Positions 10,828 through 21,287 of a stretch of 64,000 nt of DNA are shown here, in pieces. A model generated the notes under the pieces. That model did not search any database. It saw only the letters and a program-made list of their open reading frames with translations, and had not been told where the DNA came from. Both the position numbers and the translations under genes were made by a program. Position 1 is the stretch's first letter. Every line of letters begins with the position of its first letter. The stretch is taken from positions 62,001 through 126,000 of the IMG/VR virus record IMGVR_UViG_3300042566_001512. One strand, written 5' to 3'.

Positions 10828-10989
10828 ATGGACATCTTTTTTTCTGATAGCAAGACTTTCTTTATGGACGCAATGGGCATACTGGCCGGTGCCGGTGTGT
10901 TGTTTTATTTAGTAGCGCCTCTTTTTATTAAATCCGTTGAAAAGGATGAATTTGAACAAGATAAGGAAGACGGCGCAGATTCGGAGTAA
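10828..10989 (+). CDS. Small membrane protein
   Basis: ATG at 10828 chosen over the upstream TTG; single TM segment and acidic tail. Confidence 0.5.
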   Translation: MDIFFSDSKTFFMDAMGILAGAGVLFYLVAPLFIKSVEKDEFEQDKEDGADSE

Positions 10990-11083
10990 TAAAATAAAAA
11001 ACTAGTTACCGTGTTCACTCAACATAAATAAATTATATTTTTAATAAAGATATATGCGCAGTGATTAACAAAGGAATAACGTA

Positions 11084-12061
11084 ATGAAAACATACATTGA
11101 CGGTTTTAAAGACACAATGGTAAATGGCTTTGATCACTCTGACCGTACCGGAGTGGGGCGCCGTTCAGTATTTGGTAGGCAGTATAGATTTGATTTGACC
11201 AAGGGTTTTCCATTGGTAACCACTAAAAAGGTATCTATTGATAATATTATCAAAGAAACACTGTGGTTTATTTCGGGTAGTCAGAGATCACTGGACCTGG
11301 AGGAGATGGGGGTTAACATTTGGAAGCAGTGGACGCCGACGCAAGAAGACGCCACTATTTTTATAGATAAGATAAAAACAGATTTCCATAAAAACGGCAC
11401 CAAAGCCGGAATCCCTGATTTATCTTTTGACATGATCGATAGCCAGATTCGCTCTCGCGTGGGCACCGTTGGGCCGCTTTACGGGGCAGTGTGGAGAGGA
11501 AAATATTCGGATGGTTACAGGACCAGTCACCCGGATCAGATAGCCAACCTAATAGACGGCCTTATTAAAAGACCTTATCACTCCCGGCACTGTGTTACTG
11601 CGTGGATACCGCATCTTCTTCCTAATCCTGATTATACCCCAAAAGAGAATGTGCTCATGGGACTGGGGGCACTTGCTCCGTGTCACTGCTTTTTCCAGTG
11701 CTTTGTAACGCCTCCTCAAGAAGATACAGATAAGAAGCGTCTGAGTCTAAATATAGTCATTAGATCCAGCGATACTCCGATCGGTCAGCCGTACAACATC
11801 GCACAGTACTCTATATTGCTTATGATGCTCGCCCAAGTAACGGGAATGCAGGCACATGAACTTATAGTAACCGTGGGTGATCAGCACGTTTATTTAGATC
11901 AGCTAGACTTGGCGCTCGAGCAGATAAAAAGAGAACCATATGAGCTACCTACTCTTACATTGAATTCCGATGTTAAAAACATTGACGATTTCAAGTTCGA
12001 GGACTTTAAACTGACAGGGTACAAACACCACCCCTTCATCAAGTATCCCGTGGCAACATAA
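11084..12061 (+). CDS. thyA: Thymidylate synthase
   Basis: DRTGVG, LAPCH (catalytic Cys), RSSD, PYNIAQY and HVYLDQ motifs. Confidence 0.97.
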   Translation: MKTYIDGFKDTMVNGFDHSDRTGVGRRSVFGRQYRFDLTKGFPLVTTKKVSIDNIIKETLWFISGSQRSLDLEEMGVNIWKQWTPTQEDATIFIDKIKTDFHKNGTKAGIPDLSFDMIDSQIRSRVGTVGPLYGAVWRGKYSDGYRTSHPDQIANLIDGLIKRPYHSRHCVTAWIPHLLPNPDYTPKENVLMGLGALAPCHCFFQCFVTPPQEDTDKKRLSLNIVIRSSDTPIGQPYNIAQYSILLMMLAQVTGMQAHELIVTVGDQHVYLDQLDLALEQIKREPYELPTLTLNSDVKNIDDFKFEDFKLTGYKHHPFIKYPVAT

Positions 12062-12068
12062 ATAGAAA

Positions 12069-12102
12069 ATATATGCCGACGTTGATCAACGTCGGCATAT
12101 AT
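12069..12102. terminator. 34-bp perfect palindrome of the hairpin family
   Basis: ATATATGCCGACGTTGA|TCAACGTCGGCATATAT. Confidence 0.65.
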
Positions 12103-12240
12103 GCTGTTTATTTTTTAATAAAAAATAAACAGCATTTTTATTTTTCAAACAGAACCAAAATGGTATAGCCAAGAGTAAAACCCAGCTCTTGGCTATACGC
12201 CCCGAATTCCAATAATCCTTAACTCATAAAGAACAAAAGC

Positions 12241-14520
12241 ATGTTAAACACCATCATTAAACGCGACGGATCTAGTGAACCTTTCGACTTCGATAAGATA
12301 GAACGTCTAAATAATTTTGCTACTAGCGGTTTAAATGTAGATTTAAATTTGCTTCGAAGCCAAATCAAATTTCTGGTTTACGATGGAATGTCAACAAAGG
12401 ATATTTTTCAAGCGCAGATAAAAGCGGCATCCGGACTTATCTCGGTTCAAAACCCCGATTTTACATTTGTCGCCGCTCGATATTTGTTGGCCGACACTTA
12501 CAAACAAGTAACAGGTACAGCAAAATATCAGCATCTTCGTGAATGTATCACTAAAGGAGTAGACGCAGGAAGATATACGCCTGCTCTTCTTTCTGTTTTT
12601 GATTTAGATAAGCTAAATTCAAGCCTGGATTATAGTCGCGATTTTCTTTTTGACTACTACGGTTTGCAAAACGTGGTGGATAGATACCTGATGAGGGACA
12701 ATAGTAACAAGATCATTGAGCTACCTCAGCATTTCATCATGAGAGTTGCTATGGGGGTTTCTCTTAACGAAAAAGACCCTACTGAATCCGCTATTGAATT
12801 TTATGATATTCTTTCAAACTTTGACTACATGTCAAGCACGCCTACTTTGTTCAACTCCGGAACTATACGAAGCCAGCTCTCTAGCTGTTATGTAAATACG
12901 GTGAATGATCAGATCAGTTCTGATATAGATGAAGGAGAGCATCGTTTCGCTTCCATTTTTGGAACTATTGAGGAGTCTGCTAGGCTATCCAAGTACGCAG
13001 GTGGTATTGGCACCGACTGGACACGCGTTCGCGGACCAGGAAGCCACATACGCTCTACAAATGGAAAAAGTTCTGGTGTCATCCCCTATATTAAGGTTTA
13101 CAACGACACCGCAGTTGGCGTAAATCAGGGCGGTCGTCGTAAAGGTAGTTTTGCCCCATACCTTGAAGTTTGGCATCCCGATTTCTGGGACTTTTGCGAA
13201 ATCAAAAAAGAATTTGGCGATGATCGCCTACGCGCACACGACGTGTTCCCTGCGGCGTGGATATCGGATCTTTTCATGGAGCGCGTAGAAAGCAAAGGGG
13301 TTTGGAGTGAATTTGACCCTCACGACTACCCGGAACTTCATGAGCTTTACGGCGAGTCATTTAAGCGCCGGTATGAAGAACTAGAGGCAGATGGTAAATT
13401 CCTTAAACAGCGCCCAGCCACAGAAGTTTGGAAACGCATCTTGGCCAGTCTATTTGAAACGGGCCACCCGTGGATAACTTTTAAGGACGAATTTAATAGA
13501 CGCAACCCCCAGGACCATGCCGGCGTCATACATTCGTCTAATTTGTGCACAGAAATTGCCCTGAATACGTCCGATACAGAAACGGCCGTGTGTAACCTAG
13601 GGTCTGTTAATTTGGCGAAACACGTAAAAGACGGAAAGATAGACAAAAAGAAGTTAAAGAAGACGATAACGACGGCAATTCGCATGCTAGATAACGTTAT
13701 CGATATTAACTTCTACCCTTCCGATCGTGCTAAAAACTCTAACCTTAAGCATCGACCGATAGGAATGGGTATAATGGGAGAGACAGAAGCTAAGGTAGCG
13801 TGCGGGATTAGTTTTGACTCGCACGAGGGTGTTGCTTTTTCTGATGAAGTAATGGAGTTAATCACGTATTATGGTTTTGTTGCCTCACATGAACTTGTAA
13901 CCGTACACGGTCGTAAACCATACGAATCGTTTAATGGTTCTAAGCTGTCTAAGGGCATATTGCCTATACACACTTCCAGGGATAAAAACACTTCCCTTGG
14001 AATGGATACGTGGAATAGCTTAAGTAAAGCTATATCGGAGGGCGGCATTAGAAACAGCAATTTGTTTGCCATTGCTCCCACCGCTACAATATCGTCTATA
14101 GTGGGCACTACGCCGTGCAACGAACCTATTTTTGAGATTGAAAGAACCGAGAAAAACATAAGTGGTCTTTTCAAGGTAGTTGACCCCTGTGTTAAATATA
14201 TGCGTCCAGATCTGCTTAAAACGGCCATGGACATTGAACCGGTTTGGGTTATTCTATCTGGTGCCAGTCGTCAAAAATGGATAGACCAGGCACAGTCTCT
14301 TAACATTTTTGTTAAGCACGGGACGAGGGGGCGAGAGCTTTCCGAAATATACCTTCTAGCGTGGCGAAAGGGCTTAAAGTCCACATATTACCTGCGCTCC
14401 CAGACCAAGGTCAAAGATACAGCGAAACCCAACAATATTGCCAATTCAGCAATCCCTGGAAACAATCGAGAGGCAGTTTTTTGTTCAATTGACAACCCTA
14501 ATTGCGAGTCCTGTCAATAA
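12241..14520 (+). CDS. nrdA: Class I ribonucleotide reductase alpha subunit with ATP cone
   Basis: IIKRDG ATP cone, STPTLFN, QLSSC, SNLCTEI, APTATIS, KSTYYLR and C-terminal CESCQ. Confidence 0.97.
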   Translation: MLNTIIKRDGSSEPFDFDKIERLNNFATSGLNVDLNLLRSQIKFLVYDGMSTKDIFQAQIKAASGLISVQNPDFTFVAARYLLADTYKQVTGTAKYQHLRECITKGVDAGRYTPALLSVFDLDKLNSSLDYSRDFLFDYYGLQNVVDRYLMRDNSNKIIELPQHFIMRVAMGVSLNEKDPTESAIEFYDILSNFDYMSSTPTLFNSGTIRSQLSSCYVNTVNDQISSDIDEGEHRFASIFGTIEESARLSKYAGGIGTDWTRVRGPGSHIRSTNGKSSGVIPYIKVYNDTAVGVNQGGRRKGSFAPYLEVWHPDFWDFCEIKKEFGDDRLRAHDVFPAAWISDLFMERVESKGVWSEFDPHDYPELHELYGESFKRRYEELEADGKFLKQRPATEVWKRILASLFETGHPWITFKDEFNRRNPQDHAGVIHSSNLCTEIALNTSDTETAVCNLGSVNLAKHVKDGKIDKKKLKKTITTAIRMLDNVIDINFYPSDRAKNSNLKHRPIGMGIMGETEAKVACGISFDSHEGVAFSDEVMELITYYGFVASHELVTVHGRKPYESFNGSKLSKGILPIHTSRDKNTSLGMDTWNSLSKAISEGGIRNSNLFAIAPTATISSIVGTTPCNEPIFEIERTEKNISGLFKVVDPCVKYMRPDLLKTAMDIEPVWVILSGASRQKWIDQAQSLNIFVKHGTRGRELSEIYLLAWRKGLKSTYYLRSQTKVKDTAKPNNIANSAIPGNNREAVFCSIDNPNCESCQ

Positions 14521-14588
14521 GTATAGTTAAGCATCATAATAGCGGGCACGTGCCCGCTATTATTCTTTAACCCAAAGAAAAATACAAC

Positions 14589-15593
14589 ATGTCTAACAGT
14601 AGCACAAAAATCACAAACGGTCGTCGTCTTGCATTCGGTGTAAAAGACGAACTAATGAACATGTCTCGCATTCGCTATCCCTGGGCCATTGAAATATACG
14701 ATAGGCAAGAAGCAAATACGTGGTTCCCAAAATCAATACCCCTTGGGGACGATAAAGTAGCTTACCGAAGTGGAGCCCTAAGCGATCAAGAACGAAACGC
14801 GTACGATAAAGCTTTAGCTTTTGTGTCAAATTTAGATGGAATACAATTTAATAATTTAATTCACAACATCGGACAGCATATAACAGCCCCGGAAGTTAGT
14901 TTGGCTATTGCCAGACAGGCCTCCGAAGAAGGAGTGCACGTTCGTAGCTACCAAATGATGATAGAGGCCGTGTCGCTTGATCCCGAGAAGGTGTATATGG
15001 CATTCGAGACCGACGGAATGTTGGCAAAGAAAAACGAATACATCATGAGGCAATCGCGTATCCTTAAAGACGACCCCAGTCCTGCAAACTTTGCAAGAGC
15101 CATTGTGGGCAACATTGTTCTAGAGGGTATTTATTTCTATTCCGCTTTTCTAGTGTTTTATGTAATGGCAAGATACGGAAAAATGCTAGGCAGCGCAGAC
15201 ATGATAAAATATATACATCGAGATGAGGGCGAGACTCACTTGGATTTATTTACCAATATGCACAAAACGTATAGAGAAGAAAACCCAGAAATATACGATG
15301 ATCAGTTTTATAAAGACGCCAAGGATATAATCGTCGGCGGTGTTGAGATGGAAATTGAGTGGGGAAAGTACATCATAGGAAAAGGTATTCCTGGATTAAC
15401 CCCGGATATTGTAGAGAATTTTATGAAGTACCTGGCAAATGAAAGAGCTGTCAGAGTAGGTGTTCCCGAGCCGTACCCCGGGACAAATAACCCGGTCCCT
15501 TGGTTTGATGATTTTAGTAAACCAAACGGCACACGCAGTAACTTTTTTGAAAGCAAACCTACCGACTATGCTGTAGACGGCCTGGTGTGGTGA
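14589..15593 (+). CDS. nrdB: Class Ia ribonucleotide reductase beta subunit
   Basis: NLDGIQ, EEGVHVRSY (radical Tyr), LEGIYFYSAF and RDEGETH. Confidence 0.95.
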   Translation: MSNSSTKITNGRRLAFGVKDELMNMSRIRYPWAIEIYDRQEANTWFPKSIPLGDDKVAYRSGALSDQERNAYDKALAFVSNLDGIQFNNLIHNIGQHITAPEVSLAIARQASEEGVHVRSYQMMIEAVSLDPEKVYMAFETDGMLAKKNEYIMRQSRILKDDPSPANFARAIVGNIVLEGIYFYSAFLVFYVMARYGKMLGSADMIKYIHRDEGETHLDLFTNMHKTYREENPEIYDDQFYKDAKDIIVGGVEMEIEWGKYIIGKGIPGLTPDIVENFMKYLANERAVRVGVPEPYPGTNNPVPWFDDFSKPNGTRSNFFESKPTDYAVDGLVW

Positions 15594-15661
15594 TATTAAA
15601 TTTATAGCTGTATGCTCGTAAACAAAAAAATGCAAGCATAAGCTATCGCCAAAGGGGTAGT

Positions 15662-15952
15662 ATGGCGACTTTAATTACCGATCACGTATGTAAGAGCATT
15701 CTTTATAAAAATTTAAATAGCCCAGAATTTAAAGACTACTACACTCTAGATGATATTAATAAAGAATTAATGAATTACGAAAAAATGGAAATACAACCGT
15801 GCGATAAAAACGGAAAAGTACTTAAAGACGTAAGGTTTCATCTTAATTATAGATCTTTTCTGTTTACATTAAACAGAGCTCTAGAAGACACAAGTGATGC
15901 GTCTAGTTGCCAGAGGATCTATAGGTTTATGGAACTATCTATGGTAAAATAG
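15662..15952 (+). CDS. Hypothetical protein
   Basis: 96-aa ORF with an RBS. Confidence 0.6.
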   Translation: MATLITDHVCKSILYKNLNSPEFKDYYTLDDINKELMNYEKMEIQPCDKNGKVLKDVRFHLNYRSFLFTLNRALEDTSDASSCQRIYRFMELSMVK

Positions 15953-15988
15953 CATATAGCCCCCGGTAAATTTACCGGGGGCTATATG
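15953..15988. terminator. 36-bp perfect palindrome of the hairpin family
   Basis: CATATAGCCCCCGGTAAA|TTTACCGGGGGCTATATG. Confidence 0.65.
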
Positions 15989-16075
15989 ACTCTAAAGTCG
16001 ATCCTAAACTTTTTCGGTCACATATACTACAATTGAATACCTGCAATAGTGTTAGGTACAACCGGAGTCATTCGC

Positions 16076-16330
16076 ATGTCCGTTAATTACGAGCAAACCT
16101 ATCAAGATCTTTTGATCAAAACCATGCAGCTGCAAAAGGATCTGCGCATGTCTCGCGTTAAACGTGTCCTCGTGGCCCTTGCCAAGATGAAGAATAAGTC
16201 ACGATACGTAAAGACGGTTGAGGAGCGCCTGTCAATTGAGTTGCAGTCACACAACCGATGTGATCGCGTACAAGTCTTGTTGGAGCTTCTGGAGTGTGAC
16301 GAAGATGTGATGGCTCATCTTTATAAATGA
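16076..16330 (+). CDS. Hypothetical helical protein
   Basis: GGAG RBS before the ATG at 16076; downstream of an early-promoter-like motif. Confidence 0.6.
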   Translation: MSVNYEQTYQDLLIKTMQLQKDLRMSRVKRVLVALAKMKNKSRYVKTVEERLSIELQSHNRCDRVQVLLELLECDEDVMAHLYK

Positions 16331-16459
16331 TCATACAGGGTGGCATTTAGCCACCCTGTATATTTTTTATTTTTAATTATTTACAAACGCATATAACTGT
16401 ATAGTGCAATAGATAAATAAGTCTATTGTAAATACATTTATTTTAAAAGTAAACGAAAT

Positions 16460-17494
16460 ATGAAAACTGTAGTATTGTATCACAAATCTTGCACAGACGG
16501 TTACGTTAGCGCACTTAACTTCTACGCTTATTATAAGGAAAAAGGCACATTAGAAGACGTTGTTTTCATTCCTGTTCAATATGGCGAGAGGTTGCCCGAT
16601 ATTAAAATCCTCGAAGGAAACATGATCTATGTTCTTGACTTTTCTTTTAGCAAAGAAGACACGATCGAGTTATTGAGAGTGGCCGGTTCTGTTAGCATGC
16701 TTGATCATCATAAAAAGGCAATTGACACACTGTTTACAGGTGAGAAGTTTATCTCGAATTCCGTGGTGGAAAACGACGATTGTGCCGGTGTTTACTTAAT
16801 GCATACAAAAACAGCGACTCTTTATATAAACAATAAAGAATCCGGTGCCACTCTGGCTTATAATGAAATTGGTATCTTGATACAAAACGATCAAATTCGA
16901 GGTAGGCTTCAGTATTTGTCTGACCACACAAAAGATCGTGATCTGTGGATATTCTCACTCAAAGACACATTAGCTGTATACGAGTACATAAATACTTTTA
17001 ATAATAACTTGCAATTAGGATACGAGCATCTGCTCTCTAACGACTCTGTTGTGTTTTTTCAAATGCTGGAAAAGTCACAAACTCGTGTAGACATGAGAAA
17101 TGAGCTGGCTAAAAAATACGCCAACAGACATCAAATAGTCGATTTTTTGGGATACAAAATACCCATGGTAAACGTGACATCTGACTTCTCAAGTATTGTG
17201 GGCGACATACTCAATAAAAACAACAGTTTTGCTTTGACGTACGCCACAAGTGCTGATAAAGTATACGTTTCACTGCGCAGCGATAAGAATGCAATTGATG
17301 TCAACGAAATCGCTAAATTGTTCGGTGGAGGCGGTCATGTAAATGCGGCGGGTTTTTCACTACCTATAAAAGAATTGCCCGATCTTCTCGGTGGAAAATA
17401 CACCAAAGAGCATTTGCAAAAAAACAAAACAATTGTAACGAATTCAAAAGAGAAAAAGAATCGCATATTTCAATTTCTAAATATATGGTTTTGA
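16460..17494 (+). CDS. DHH/DHHA1 family phosphoesterase
   Basis: YHKSCTDG, LDFSF, LDHH, DRDLW, SLRS and GGGGHVNAAGF. Confidence 0.92.
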   Translation: MKTVVLYHKSCTDGYVSALNFYAYYKEKGTLEDVVFIPVQYGERLPDIKILEGNMIYVLDFSFSKEDTIELLRVAGSVSMLDHHKKAIDTLFTGEKFISNSVVENDDCAGVYLMHTKTATLYINNKESGATLAYNEIGILIQNDQIRGRLQYLSDHTKDRDLWIFSLKDTLAVYEYINTFNNNLQLGYEHLLSNDSVVFFQMLEKSQTRVDMRNELAKKYANRHQIVDFLGYKIPMVNVTSDFSSIVGDILNKNNSFALTYATSADKVYVSLRSDKNAIDVNEIAKLFGGGGHVNAAGFSLPIKELPDLLGGKYTKEHLQKNKTIVTNSKEKKNRIFQFLNIWF

Positions 17495-17600
17495 TTACTG
17501 TGTTTTTAGATATTCTGTGACATACGTTCAAACTTAAGAATCCCCAAAATTTAGAAATATATATTTCTAAAATGTCTTTTATTAAATAAGGAATTGAAAA

Positions 17601-17750
17601 ATGCCATTCAAATCAAGTAAGCAAAAGAAACTTATGGAAATCGTGGCTCACGATAAAGAGTTTGCTGACAAAGTAAACATAAAACAGTCTGTAGCTAAAA
17701 AGATGCTAAAAGATGACGAGAAAGAAAAACAGAAAAAATCTAAAAAATAA
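17601..17750 (+). CDS. Small basic phage protein (49 aa), absent from the ORF track
   Basis: AAGGA RBS; MPFKSSKQKKLMEIVAHDKEFADKVNIKQSVAKKMLKDDEKEKQKKSKK. Confidence 0.7.
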   Translation: MPFKSSKQKKLMEIVAHDKEFADKVNIKQSVAKKMLKDDEKEKQKKSKK

Positions 17751-17754
17751 AATC

Positions 17755-18210
17755 ATGCTTGAGGTAATCGAGGGCGATATACTTAAAGAAAAGTCGGGCA
17801 TTATAGTGCACGGTGTTAATTGCAGGGGCAAGATGGGCACCGGTATTGCACTTATGATTAGAAAGCTATACCCCCAAGTATATATAGATTACACCGAACA
17901 CTGGGGTAAATACTTCAGAGAACCGGCCAGGTTACTGGGTGATGTGGTTTACACGCAAGTCAATAAGAATTTAATTATTGCCAGCGCTTTTACTCAGCTT
18001 AATTATAGCAAATACGATGTTAGGAGCGTTAGCTACGATGCAATTGCTGTAGCTTTTAAGAACATAAGCGATACAGCAAAAGAAAATAGAATGGTTATAA
18101 AGTATCCAACAATAGGCGCAGGATACGGGGGCGGGGACTGGAGAATAATCTCAAACATAATAGATTGTGTAGTCGACGATAAAGTCCAAAGAATTTTATT
18201 TAAATTTTAA
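17755..18210 (+). CDS. Macro domain (Appr-1-p processing/ADP-ribosylhydrolase-like) protein
   Basis: IEGDIL, IVHGVNCRGKMGTGIA and PTIGAGYGGGDW. Confidence 0.9.
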   Translation: MLEVIEGDILKEKSGIIVHGVNCRGKMGTGIALMIRKLYPQVYIDYTEHWGKYFREPARLLGDVVYTQVNKNLIIASAFTQLNYSKYDVRSVSYDAIAVAFKNISDTAKENRMVIKYPTIGAGYGGGDWRIISNIIDCVVDDKVQRILFKF

Positions 18211-18359
18211 TTTTGTTTTATTATACTTAGAATTTTTTATAGAAAAAACTAAACTACGGGCATAAAGAGCCTTTTCCTAATATTTATTTTTATTTTTAAA
18301 TGTTATGTTTAAGCATTTAATAAATTTTTAACATATAAATAAATAGGAAGTAATCTACC

Positions 18360-20399
18360 ATGTTTGGATCAATACGCGCAATTGCCGGCGTTATAAATGT
18401 ACGGGTTAGATCAGACGAAATAACCGTCTCTGGGGTATCTGCATACAGCATGCAAAGGGATATAAAACGGCTGTGGGGTACTGACAGGGTTAGCAAATAC
18501 ATGTTCACCGATATAAGTGGATATTCGTTTACGTTCAAGAGTTTCTTCTTGCCCGATGTAGTTTTTACTGTTAACAAGATGCTCAGTAATAAATCTACCG
18601 TGACTTCGCTGAGAACTCTAACTAAGATAAGAGATGCTTTATTTGAACATACCTGGCTAGCAGATACGGTACAGACTAAACCTGGCAGACTAAATCGCGA
18701 GTATCTGAGTGAGTTCTATCTCACTCCTTTAGACTTCCAAGAAGAACTCTTTAATATCTACGATCAAAATACTCAAAAGTATAGCCTAAGAGGCTTCTTG
18801 TTTGCCGGAAGCGTAGGATCCGGTAAGACTTTTACTTCTCTTGCCCTTGCTTACTGCCTAGGGAAAAAGAAAATAATCATTGTCTGCCCTAAGAATACTA
18901 TCTATAGAGTATGGGAAGCTAACCTAAAAGAAAAAATAAAAGTTACTCCCGAATACTGGATTTCTGCTGAGAATAAGCCCATGACTGGGGATGAGAGATT
19001 TCTAATCTATCATTACGAGGATATGGGTAAGCTGCAAAAATACGTCACTGGTAATACGGGAACGCATCCTAAAGATTTGATGATTATCTTAGATGAGAGC
19101 CACAACTTAAATGAGACAACCAGCGAACGATCTAATCAATTTAACATCGTTTGTAAGACTTCAGGGTGCAACGACATCCTCTGGCTCTCTGGTACTCCTA
19201 TAAAGGCCCTCAGTAAGGAATCTATACCGCTACTAAGATCAATTGATCCACTATTCACGCCGGAAGTAGAAGAACTCTTCAAAAAGATCTTCCGCGGTGA
19301 TGCAGGTAGAGCCACTGAGATCCTCAATCAGCGACTAGGCCTGATTATGTTTACAGTGGAAAAGGAGAGACTGAAGCTACCTGAGCCTATCACTAAGCAG
19401 ATTAAGGTCAAGTCTCCAATTGGTGATAGGTTTACTCTGGAGTCCATTGCTGCGCAGATGCAGGAATTCATCCAGCAACGGATGCTGTATTACAAGCACA
19501 GGCAATCTGAAGACGAGAAATTCTACGAATATTGTTTATCCAAATACGAGTCCACTCTAAAGGATAGTAAACAAAAAGCACAACTCAATCAATACAAAGG
19601 CTACGTCAAACGAATCATTGACGCTAACGCCAGAGACGTAAACGACGAGATGACCTTCTGTAATCGATTCGAGAAAGATGAGATTATGCCTGTTTTGTCT
19701 AATGAAGACAAAATTAGATTTAAAGATGTAAAATCCATAATTAAGTATTTGCATCTAAAGATAAAGGGCGAATGCTTGGGCACTGTAGTGGGAGGCGCAC
19801 GCATTGCCTGTACAGTAGAAATTGCTAAGAATATTAATTACAATCTAGTTTGTGAATCCGTAGAAAAGAAAACTTTAGTTTTCACTAGCTACGTCGATGC
19901 ACTTAGGCAGGCCAGCGTCACGTGCTCCCAACAGGGACTCAAGCCAATTGAGATCTATGCTAAAACTAATAAACACCTACCGGAGCTAATTAAGCGTCTC
20001 ATGGATGACGAATCAATTAATCCACTAATAGCCACTTTTGATTCTTTGTCCACCGGCGTACCCATGACCATGTGCAACGCTCTTTTGATGCTAAATCTAC
20101 CTTTTCGAGATTACGAGCTACAGCAGGCCATCGGGCGTATCTCTAGATTAGATTCTAATACCGACACCTACGTATACACCGCATTCCTGGATACTGGAGA
20201 TAAACCAAATATATCCACCAGGACTAAGGATATTTTAGAGTGGAGCCAGAAACAAGTAGAGGCCATAGTGGGTATCACTACCCCGTACGATCTCTCTAAG
20301 GCTAACGACGTTACTGACTTCAATGCCTCCATGGAATCTTTTAAAGAGTTCTATGATGGTTTTTCAATTTGTGATAAACCCGGTTACAGTTCTTGGTAA
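18360..20399 (+). CDS. SF2/SNF2-like helicase, probably virion-associated
   Basis: Walker A GSVGSGKT, DESH, LSGTP, STGV and QAIGRISR; C-terminal SME and PGYSSW. Confidence 0.85.
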   Translation: MFGSIRAIAGVINVRVRSDEITVSGVSAYSMQRDIKRLWGTDRVSKYMFTDISGYSFTFKSFFLPDVVFTVNKMLSNKSTVTSLRTLTKIRDALFEHTWLADTVQTKPGRLNREYLSEFYLTPLDFQEELFNIYDQNTQKYSLRGFLFAGSVGSGKTFTSLALAYCLGKKKIIIVCPKNTIYRVWEANLKEKIKVTPEYWISAENKPMTGDERFLIYHYEDMGKLQKYVTGNTGTHPKDLMIILDESHNLNETTSERSNQFNIVCKTSGCNDILWLSGTPIKALSKESIPLLRSIDPLFTPEVEELFKKIFRGDAGRATEILNQRLGLIMFTVEKERLKLPEPITKQIKVKSPIGDRFTLESIAAQMQEFIQQRMLYYKHRQSEDEKFYEYCLSKYESTLKDSKQKAQLNQYKGYVKRIIDANARDVNDEMTFCNRFEKDEIMPVLSNEDKIRFKDVKSIIKYLHLKIKGECLGTVVGGARIACTVEIAKNINYNLVCESVEKKTLVFTSYVDALRQASVTCSQQGLKPIEIYAKTNKHLPELIKRLMDDESINPLIATFDSLSTGVPMTMCNALLMLNLPFRDYELQQAIGRISRLDSNTDTYVYTAFLDTGDKPNISTRTKDILEWSQKQVEAIVGITTPYDLSKANDVTDFNASMESFKEFYDGFSICDKPGYSSW

Positions 20400-20539
20400 T
20401 CTTATTTATATGTCATAATAGCCAGGATAGTATCCTGGCTATTATGATTTAAATTGAATTCTATTTGTTTTTAATTACATATCACTTTATTGAATAAGGT
20501 ATTGTTATTCATCACTCAATCAACCCCAAAGGAATAACT

Positions 20540-20818
20540 ATGTCCAGAGAAGACGACCGCATCAACGACAGAACCAGTCCCTTGTACAGATTCACTTACG
20601 AGGAAGTACTGAAAGCAGTAAAGCGACGTGGGTGTGTTCTACAATACGTAAAAGACCAAACACCAGAACTATGTTTAGAGGCGGTGAAACAAAATGGCCA
20701 CGCCCTTCAATTCGTAAAAGAACAAACCCCGGAAATCTGCCTAGCAGCAGTGGAACGAAACGTACATGCTATCTATTGCGTTAAATACGAATACCTCGAC
20801 GTAGTAAAACTATTCTGA
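20540..20818 (+). CDS. DUF4116-like repeat protein, possibly truncated
   Basis: Tandem 'LQYVKDQTPELCLEAVKQNG' repeats. Confidence 0.65.
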   Translation: MSREDDRINDRTSPLYRFTYEEVLKAVKRRGCVLQYVKDQTPELCLEAVKQNGHALQFVKEQTPEICLAAVERNVHAIYCVKYEYLDVVKLF

Positions 20819-20997
20819 ATGTAAAGCTAATAGCAAAACATGATAAATATTGTTTGATTTATAAAAACGGTAAATACATGGCCTCTTGTGGTGGTCCTTG
20901 GACCGCGACTGGAAGCACTTGATCACTGGAATGAACGACACGTTAATCGGGAAAGATCTACGTTGTTTAGGAATGCTATTATAAATAACGTAGAATG
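20812..20997 (+). pseudogene. Frameshifted probable C-terminal continuation of the repeat protein
   Basis: The -1 frame reads ...KNGKYMASCGGPWTAT, then the original frame reads EALDHWNERH...NNVE*. Confidence 0.35.
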
Positions 20998-21287
20998 AAT
21001 AAAACTCATTGAAATTTATTATATACACATATTACATTGATACAATAGAGAGTTTAAAGACTTAATTATTTTCTTTTAATACATGAACTGTAATTAAAAT
21101 AATAAATATAGGGTTTTTTTGATAATTATATATCTATGATTTTTATAGAAAGGAAATAATAACTGAAAAGAAAAATCAGTAGACTGCGCACTCGGTAAGA
21201 TAATACAAATACCGATATAAGGAACTTAACGGTTTACTTAACTGTGAAGCAGCTAAAACTCATCAAACTTTATTTTGAAAGACAAAA

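Noticed and set aside
15215-15245. Atypical RDEGETH spacing in NrdB
   Set aside because: The other iron ligands and the radical Tyr are present; likely a subfamily variant.
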